Shown here: piece by piece, positions 57,276 to 64,000 of the stretch
How the letters are laid out: each line of letters begins with the position of its first letter
How positions within the stretch are numbered: the stretch's first letter is position 1
From: a phage
DNA length: 64,000 bases
Sequence record: PZ019084.1
Direction: 5' to 3' (one strand)
Made by a program: the position numbers and the translations under genes
Notes under the pieces: generated by a model
Seen by the model: only the letters and a program-made list of their open reading frames with translations
Told to the model about the DNA's origin: nothing
Database searches by the model: none

Positions 57276-60200
57276 CAGTAAAAGCACCTTCAGTCACTAG
57301 TCTCAGAATTTCCAAGTTATCCGCAAATCAGGTGCAAGTACGCTGGGATGACGTTGGTGCTAATTTCTACTATTTTGTAGAAATCGCTGAGACAAAAACA
57401 AACTCGGGGGAAAATCTCCCGAGTAATCAATATAGATGGATTAACTTAGGATATACTGCAAATAACAGCTTCTTTTTTGATGATGCTGACCCGTTGACAT
57501 CATACATTATCAGAGTAGCTACTGCTGCGCAAGATTTTGAGCAGTCTGATTGGATTTATACCGAAGAGTTTGAAACTTTTGCTACAAATGCTTATACATT
57601 TCAAAACATGATTGAAATGCAATTAGCTAATAAATTCATTCAGGAAAAATTTACTCTTAATAATTCTGATTATGTCAATTTTAATAATGACACTATAATG
57701 GCTGCATTAATGAATGAATCATTTCAGTTCAGCCCATCATATGTTGACGTTTCATCAATAAGCAATTTTATTATTGGTGAAAATGAGTATCATGAAATAC
57801 AGGGTTCTATTCAGCAAGTATGTAAGGATATTAACCGAGTTTATTTGATGGAATCAGAAGGGATTCTATACCTTTTTGAGCGTTATCAACCTGTAGTTAA
57901 AGTATCCAATGATAAAGGACAAACTTGGAAAGCTGTAAAGCTCTTCAATGACCGCGTAGGATATCCTTTATCTAAGACAGTATATTACCAATCTGCGAAC
58001 ACAACATACGTTCTAGGATACGACAAGATTTTCTATGGCCGCAAATCGACTGATGTTAGATGGTCAGCTGACGATGTCAGATTTAGTTCGCAGGATATAA
58101 CATTCGCTAAACTTGGCGACCAATTACATTTAGGATTTGATGTAGAAATTTTTGCCACTTACGCGACTTTACCAGCGAATGTATATCGCATTGCAGAAGC
58201 TATTACTTGCACCGATGATTACATTTACGTTGTCGCCAGAGACAAAGTTAGATACATAAAAACGAGCAATGCACCTATAGATTCTGATCCATTATCTCCA
58301 ACATATTCGGAAAGGCTTTTTGAACCTGATACGATGACTATAACCGGAAATCCTAAAGCAGTATGCTATAAAATGGATTCTATCGGTGATAAAGTTTTTG
58401 CTCTTATTATTGGTGAAGTTGAAACATTAAATGCTAATCCTAGAACATCAAAAATAATTGATTCTGCTGATAAAGGAATATATGTTTTAAATCATGACAC
58501 AAAAACATGGAAAAGAGTTTTTGGCAATACTGAAGAAGAAAGAAGACGTATTCAACCGGGGTATGCGAATATGTCAACTGATGGTAAATTAGTTTCTCTA
58601 TCATCGAGTAATTTTAAATTTTTAAGTGATAATATTGTTAATGACCCTGAAACTGCAGTAAAATATCAGTTAATCGGTGCTGTTAAATATGAATTTCCTC
58701 GTGAATGGTTAGCTGATAAGCATTATCATATGATGGCATTTATAGCAGATGAAAAGTCTGATTGGGAAACTTTTACTCCTCAGCCGATGAAATACTATGC
58801 AGAACCATTCTTTAACTGGTCTAAAAAATCTAACACACGTTGTTGGATAAACAACTCTGATAGGGTTGTAGTAGTTTATGCTGATTTGAAATACACTAAG
58901 GTTATAGAAAATATTCCTGAAACATCACCAGATAGATTAGTTCATGAATACTGGGATGATGGCGATTGCACTATAGTAATGCCAAATGTTAAATTCACTG
59001 GATTTAAAAAATATGCGTCTGGGATGCTTTTCTATAAAGCCTCTGGCGAAATAATTTCTTACTATGATTTTAACTATCGTGTTAGAGACACTGTCGAAAT
59101 TATTTGGAAGCCAACTGAAGTATTTTTAAAAGCATTTTTACAAAACCAAGAGCATGAAACTCCTTGGTCGCCTGAAGAAGAGCGTGGATTAGCTGACCCT
59201 GATTTAAGACCGTTGATTGGCACAATGATGCCTGATTCTTATTTGTTACAGGATTCGAATTTTGAGGCATTTTGCGAAGCATATATTCAGTATCTTTCTG
59301 ATGGATATGGAACCCAGTATAATAATTTACGAAATTTAATTCGTAACAAATATCCACGAGAAGAGCATGCATGGGAATATTTGTGGTCAGAGATATATAA
59401 AAGAAACATTTATTTAAATGCTGACAAACGCGATGCTGTTGCAAGATTTTTCGAATCACGTAGCTATGATTTTTATTCTACTAAAGGAATTGAAGCATCA
59501 TACAAATTTCTTTTTAAAGTTCTTTATAATGAAGAGGTTGAAATTGAAATTGAATCTGGGGCTGGTACTGAATATGATATAATCGTTCAATCTGATTCTT
59601 TGACTGAAGACTTAGTAGGACAAACGATTTATACAGCCACAGGAAGATGTAATGTTACTTATATAGAAAGAAGCTATTCTAATGGTAAATTGCAATGGAC
59701 CGTAACTATTCATAATCTTTTGGGAAGATTGATTGCCGGTCAAGAAGTTAAAGCAGAAAGACTTCCTAGTTTTGAAGGCGAAATTATTCGTGGCGTTAAA
59801 GGAAAGGATTTGCTTCAAAACAATATAGACTATATTAATAGAAGTAGATCATACTATGTAATGAAAATTAAATCCAATTTACCTTCTTCCCGCTGGAAAT
59901 CTGACGTTATTCGTTTTGTTCATCCAGTAGGATTTGGATTTATAGCAATTACCCTTTTAACAATGTTTATTAATGTTGGTTTAACTCTTAAACATACAGA
60001 GACTATAATTAATAAATACAAAAACTATAAATGGGATTCTGGATTGCCTACTGAATACGCTGATAGAGTAGCTAAATTGACTCCAACTGGAGAAATTGAG
60101 CATGATTCAGTAACAGGCGAAGCAATTTATGAGCCTGGCCCAATGGCTGGCGTAAAATATCCTCTTCCTGATGACTATAATGCTGAAAATAATAATTCAA

Positions 60201-60370
60201 TATTTCAAGGTCAATTGCCGTCTGAACGACGTAAATTAATGAGTCCTTTATTTGATGCATCTGGAACAGCATTTGCACAATTTAGGGATTTAGTTAATAA
60301 ACGTCTAAAAGATAATATAGGAAATCCAAGAGACCCTGAAAATCCAACACAGGTTAAAATAGATGAATGA
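57272..60370 (+). CDS. 7: baseplate wedge protein gp7
   Basis: 1032 aa. Confidence 0.9.
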   Translation: MTVKAPSVTSLRISKLSANQVQVRWDDVGANFYYFVEIAETKTNSGENLPSNQYRWINLGYTANNSFFFDDADPLTSYIIRVATAAQDFEQSDWIYTEEFETFATNAYTFQNMIEMQLANKFIQEKFTLNNSDYVNFNNDTIMAALMNESFQFSPSYVDVSSISNFIIGENEYHEIQGSIQQVCKDINRVYLMESEGILYLFERYQPVVKVSNDKGQTWKAVKLFNDRVGYPLSKTVYYQSANTTYVLGYDKIFYGRKSTDVRWSADDVRFSSQDITFAKLGDQLHLGFDVEIFATYATLPANVYRIAEAITCTDDYIYVVARDKVRYIKTSNAPIDSDPLSPTYSERLFEPDTMTITGNPKAVCYKMDSIGDKVFALIIGEVETLNANPRTSKIIDSADKGIYVLNHDTKTWKRVFGNTEEERRRIQPGYANMSTDGKLVSLSSSNFKFLSDNIVNDPETAVKYQLIGAVKYEFPREWLADKHYHMMAFIADEKSDWETFTPQPMKYYAEPFFNWSKKSNTRCWINNSDRVVVVYADLKYTKVIENIPETSPDRLVHEYWDDGDCTIVMPNVKFTGFKKYASGMLFYKASGEIISYYDFNYRVRDTVEIIWKPTEVFLKAFLQNQEHETPWSPEEERGLADPDLRPLIGTMMPDSYLLQDSNFEAFCEAYIQYLSDGYGTQYNNLRNLIRNKYPREEHAWEYLWSEIYKRNIYLNADKRDAVARFFESRSYDFYSTKGIEASYKFLFKVLYNEEVEIEIESGAGTEYDIIVQSDSLTEDLVGQTIYTATGRCNVTYIERSYSNGKLQWTVTIHNLLGRLIAGQEVKAERLPSFEGEIIRGVKGKDLLQNNIDYINRSRSYYVMKIKSNLPSSRWKSDVIRFVHPVGFGFIAITLLTMFINVGLTLKHTETIINKYKNYKWDSGLPTEYADRVAKLTPTGEIEHDSVTGEAIYEPGPMAGVKYPLPDDYNAENNNSIFQGQLPSERRKLMSPLFDASGTAFAQFRDLVNKRLKDNIGNPRDPENPTQVKIDE

Positions 60371-61367
60371 TTCAAGTGTTATCTATCGTGCGATAGTTAC
60401 TTCAAAATTTAGAACAGAAAAAATGTTGAATTTTTATAATTCAATTGGAAGTGGTCCGGATAAAAACACTATCTTTATCACATTTGGAAGATCAGAACCA
60501 TGGTCATCAAATGAAAATGAGGCGGGCTTTGCCCCGCCTTATCCCACTGATTCTGTATTAGGTGTAACTGATATGTGGACACATATGATGGGAACAGTAA
60601 AGGTTCTTCCATCAATGCTTGATGCTGTTATTCCTCGCAGAGATTGGGGAGATACTAGATATCCGGATCCATACACATTTAGAATTAACGATATTGTAGT
60701 GTGTAACTCAGCTCCTTACAATGCTACTGAATCAGGCGCAGGCTGGCTAGTATATCGTTGTTTAGATGTTCCTGATACTGGAATGTGTTCAATAACATCT
60801 TTAACTGATAAGGATGAATGCCTCAAATTAGGTGGAAAATGGACTCCTTCTGCTAGGTCAATGACTCCTCCTGAAGGTCGAGGAGACGCGGAAGGAACAA
60901 TCGAACCCGGCGACGGATATGTTTGGGAATATCTTTTTGAGATTCCGCCTGATGTATCTATAAATAGATGCACGAATGAATATATCGTGGTTCCTTGGCC
61001 TGAGGAATTAAAAGAAGACCCGGCTAGATGGGGGTATGAAGATAATCTCACTTGGCAACAAGATGATTTTGGATTAATTTACCGTGTTAAGGCAAATACT
61101 ATCCGTTTTAAAGCATATTTAGATTCAGTTTATTTTCCTGAAGCTGCATTGCCGGGAAATAAAGGATTTAGACAAATATCAATAATCACGAATCCTCTTG
61201 AAGCTAAAGCTAATCCAAATGACCCAAACGTTAAAGCTGAAAAGGATTATTATGATCCGGAAGATTTAATGAGGCATTCGGGCGAAATGATTTATATGGA
61301 AAATAGGCCACCTATTATCATGGCAATGGATCAAACAGAAGAAATCAATATTCTGTTTACATTTTAA
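60363..61367 (+). CDS. 8: baseplate wedge protein gp8
   Basis: 334 aa. Confidence 0.9.
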   Translation: MNDSSVIYRAIVTSKFRTEKMLNFYNSIGSGPDKNTIFITFGRSEPWSSNENEAGFAPPYPTDSVLGVTDMWTHMMGTVKVLPSMLDAVIPRRDWGDTRYPDPYTFRINDIVVCNSAPYNATESGAGWLVYRCLDVPDTGMCSITSLTDKDECLKLGGKWTPSARSMTPPEGRGDAEGTIEPGDGYVWEYLFEIPPDVSINRCTNEYIVVPWPEELKEDPARWGYEDNLTWQQDDFGLIYRVKANTIRFKAYLDSVYFPEAALPGNKGFRQISIITNPLEAKANPNDPNVKAEKDYYDPEDLMRHSGEMIYMENRPPIIMAMDQTEEINILFTF

Positions 61368-61372
61368 CTTAA

Positions 61373-61395
61373 GGGAGCCCATGGGCTCCCTTTTT
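61373..61395 (+). terminator. intrinsic terminator after gene 8
   Basis: gggagccc-atg-ggctccc followed by ttttt. Confidence 0.6.
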
Positions 61396-61398
61396 CTT

Positions 61399-61406
61399 TA
61401 TAAATA
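61399..61406 (+). promoter_or_regulatory. T4 late promoter TATAAATA for gene 9
   Basis: TATAAATACTAT 25 nt upstream of ATG 61431. Confidence 0.6.
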
Positions 61407-61430
61407 CTATAAACTCATAAGGAAACCGCT

Positions 61431-62297
61431 ATGTTCATTCAAGAACCAAAGAAATTGATTGATACCGGCGAAATTGGTAACGCTTCTACTGGTGATATCT
61501 TATTCGACGGTGGTAATAAAATTAATAGTGATTTTAACGCAATTTATAATGCGTTTGGCGATCAACGCAAAATGGCAGTAGCAAATGGCACTGGAGCAGA
61601 TGGCCAAATTATCCATGCTACTGGATATTATCAAAAACACTCTATTACAGAGTACGCAACTCCAGTAAAAGTTGGCACTAGGCATGATATTGATACCTCT
61701 ACTGTAGGTGTTAAAGTTATCATTGAAAGAGGCGAACTCGGCGATTGTGTTGAATTCATTAACTCAAATGGATCAATATCAGTTACTAATCCTTTAACAA
61801 TTCAAGCTATTGATTCAATTAAAGGTGTTTCGGGTAATTTAGTAGTAACTAGTCCATATAGTAAAGTTACTTTACGCTGTATTTCATCTGATAATTCTAC
61901 ATCGGTTTGGAACTATTCTATTGAAAGTATGTTTGGGCAAAAGGAATCACCAGCTGAAGGTACATGGAATATTTCTACATCCGGATCAGTTGATATTCCA
62001 CTATTTCATCGCACTGAATACAATATGGCTAAATTGTTAGTTACATGCCAATCGGTAGATGGAAGAAAAATTAAAACAGCAGAAATAAATATTCTTGTGG
62101 ATACTGTTAATTCAGAGGTAATTTCTTCTGAATATGCTGTCATGCGAGTTGGTAATGAAACCGAAGAAGACGAAATCGCTAATATTGCATTTAGTATTAA
62201 AGAAAATTATGTAACGGCGACTATAAGTTCTTCAACTGTCGGTATGAGAGCAGCAGTTAAAGTTATCGCTACGCAGAAAATCGGGGTGGCTCAATAA
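61431..62297 (+). CDS. 9: baseplate wedge / long-tail-fibre socket protein gp9
   Basis: 288 aa. Confidence 0.9.
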   Translation: MFIQEPKKLIDTGEIGNASTGDILFDGGNKINSDFNAIYNAFGDQRKMAVANGTGADGQIIHATGYYQKHSITEYATPVKVGTRHDIDTSTVGVKVIIERGELGDCVEFINSNGSISVTNPLTIQAIDSIKGVSGNLVVTSPYSKVTLRCISSDNSTSVWNYSIESMFGQKESPAEGTWNISTSGSVDIPLFHRTEYNMAKLLVTCQSVDGRKIKTAEINILVDTVNSEVISSEYAVMRVGNETEEDEIANIAFSIKENYVTATISSSTVGMRAAVKVIATQKIGVAQ

Positions 62298-64000
62298 TGA
62301 AACAAAATATTAATATCGGTAATGTTGTAGATGATGGTACCGGTGACTACCTGCGTAAAGGTGGTATAAAAATAAATGAAAACTTTGATGAGCTTTATTA
62401 TGAGCTCGGTGATGGAGATGTTCCATATTCAGCCGGTGCCTGGAAAACTTATGATGCTTCATCTGGCCAAACATTAAAAGCTGAGTGGGGGAAATCATAC
62501 GCTATTAATACCTCTTCTGGAAGAGTAACTATAAATCTTCCAAAAGGAACTGTCAATGATTACAACAAGGTAATTAGAGCTAGAGACGTATTTGCTACAT
62601 GGAACGTCAACCCAGTTACATTAGTAGCTGCTTCCGGCGATACGATTAAAGGGTCTGCAGTACCAGTTGAAATTAATGTTCAATTCAGCGATTTGGAATT
62701 AGTGTATTGCGCCCCAGGACGTTGGGAATATGTCAAAAATAAGCAAATTGACAAAATTACCAGTTCAGACATTAGTAATGTAGCTCGTAAAGAATTTTTA
62801 GTCGAAGTCCAAGGACAAACAGACTTTTTAGATGTTTTCCGTGGAACTAGTTATAATGTAAATAACATCAGAGTAAAACATCGTGGTAACGAATTGTATT
62901 ACGGCGATGTATTTAGTGAAAACAGCGATTTTGGCTCTCCGGGCGAAAACGAAGGTGAATTAGTTCCTCTTGATGGATTTAATATTCGATTAAGACAGCC
63001 TTGTAATATTGGTGATACTGTTCAAATTGAAACATTTATGGATGGCGTATCACAGTGGAGAAGTTCATATACAAGACGTCAAATTAGATTGTTAGATTCA
63101 AAATTAACGTCAAAAACTTCTCTAGAAGGAAGTATTTACGTTACTGATTTATCAACAATGAAATCAATTCCATTTTCTGCTTTTGGATTAATTCCAGGAG
63201 AACCTATTAATCCTAACTCTCTTGAAGTTCGTTTTAATGGAATTTTACAGGAATTGGCTGGCACAGCTGGAATGCCATTATTTCATTGTGTTGGTGCCGA
63301 TTCAGACGATGAAGTAGAATGCTCTGTTTTAGGTGGAACTTGGGAACAATCTCATACCGATTATTCAGTTGAAACTGATGAAAACGGCATACCAGAAACA
63401 TTGCACTTCGATAGAGTATTTGAGCATGGCGACATTATCAATATCACCTGGTTTAATAATGATTTAGGTACATTATTAACAAAAGATGAGATTATTGATG
63501 AAACCGATAATCTCTATGTATCGCAAGGGCCGGGAGTAGATATTTCTGGTGATGTAAATTTAACAGACTTCGATAAAATTGGTTGGCCAAATGTAGAAGC
63601 AGTTCAATCTTATCAACGCGAATTTAATGCTGTTTCAAATATCTTTGATACGATTTATCCTATTGGAACTATATATGAAAACGCTGTTAATCCAAATAAC
63701 CCTGTTACATATATGGGATTCGGCTCATGGAAATTATTTGGGCAAGGAAAAGTTTTAGTTGGATGGAATGAAGATATTTCGGACCCTAACTTTGCTCTAA
63801 ATAACAACGATTTAGATTCGAGCGGAAATCCTTCGCATACTGCAGGTGGAACAGGTGGTTCTACTTCTGTTACATTGGAAAATGCTAATCTTCCTGCAAC
63901 TGAAACAGATGAAGAAGTTCTAATAGTTGATGAAAATGGATCAGTCATTGTTGGTGGGTGTCAATACGATCCAGATGAATCCGGTCCAATTTACACTAAA
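62297..64000 (+). CDS. 10: baseplate wedge / short-tail-fibre attachment protein gp10 (5' part, continues beyond window)
   Basis: ATG overlaps gp9 stop (TAATG); frame reads MKQNINIGNVVDDGTGDYLRKGG... from 62297; I did not verify that it stays open to the window end. Confidence 0.8.
   Translation, partial: MKQNINIGNVVDDGTGDYLRKGGIKINENFDELYYELGDGDVPYSAGAWKTYDASSGQTLKAEWGKSYAINTSSGRVTINLPKGTVNDYNKVIRARDVFATWNVNPVTLVAASGDTIKGSAVPVEINVQFSDLELVYCAPGRWEYVKNKQIDKITSSDISNVARKEFLVEVQGQTDFLDVFRGTSYNVNNIRVKHRGNELYYGDVFSENSDFGSPGENEGELVPLDGFNIRLRQPCNIGDTVQIETFMDGVSQWRSSYTRRQIRLLDSKLTSKTSLEGSIYVTDLSTMKSIPFSAFGLIPGEPINPNSLEVRFNGILQELAGTAGMPLFHCVGADSDDEVECSVLGGTWEQSHTDYSVETDENGIPETLHFDRVFEHGDIINITWFNNDLGTLLTKDEIIDETDNLYVSQGPGVDISGDVNLTDFDKIGWPNVEAVQSYQREFNAVSNIFDTIYPIGTIYENAVNPNNPVTYMGFGSWKLFGQGKVLVGWNEDISDPNFALNNNDLDSSGNPSHTAGGTGGSTSVTLENANLPATETDEEVLIVDENGSVIVGGCQYDPDESGPIYTK

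Noticed and set aside
62310-62498. His-rich 62-aa minus-strand ORF
   Set aside because: Antisense to gene 10 within the late plus-strand block; composition looks like a chance ORF

Overview
64-kb segment of a T4-like (T-even, Tevenvirinae) bacteriophage genome, very close to coliphage T4 but apparently not identical to it. Identifications rest on reading the supplied translations and on remembered T4 gene order; no database search was run. Positions 1-52112 are almost entirely minus-strand early/middle genes in T4 order: an unidentified ORF in the slot where T4 has beta-gt, then 42, imm, 43, regA, 62, 44, 45, rpbA, 45.2, 46, 47, alpha-gt, 55, nrdH, nrdG, nrdD, 49, nrdC, 18 small/medium ORFs, rI, tk, vs, regB, vs.x ORFs, two internal-protein genes, e, nudE, e.x ORFs, two more internal-protein-like genes, a structured RNA region, 11 tRNAs, ipI, 57B, 57A, 1, 3, 2, 4. 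From 52160 to the end the plus strand carries late baseplate genes 53, 5, 5.1, 5.4, 6, 7, 8, 9 and the start of 10. Non-coding signal is dominated by repeated T4-type early promoters, CUUCGG-tetraloop hairpins and TATAAATA late promoters. What stands out against my memory of the T4 reference: a plus-strand HNH endonuclease gene between 45.2 and 46, an uninterrupted nrdD, 11 rather than 8 tRNAs, extra capsid-targeted internal-protein genes flanked by direct repeats, several tandem paralogue arrays, and an NTase-fold / AAA-like ATPase / membrane-protein module.
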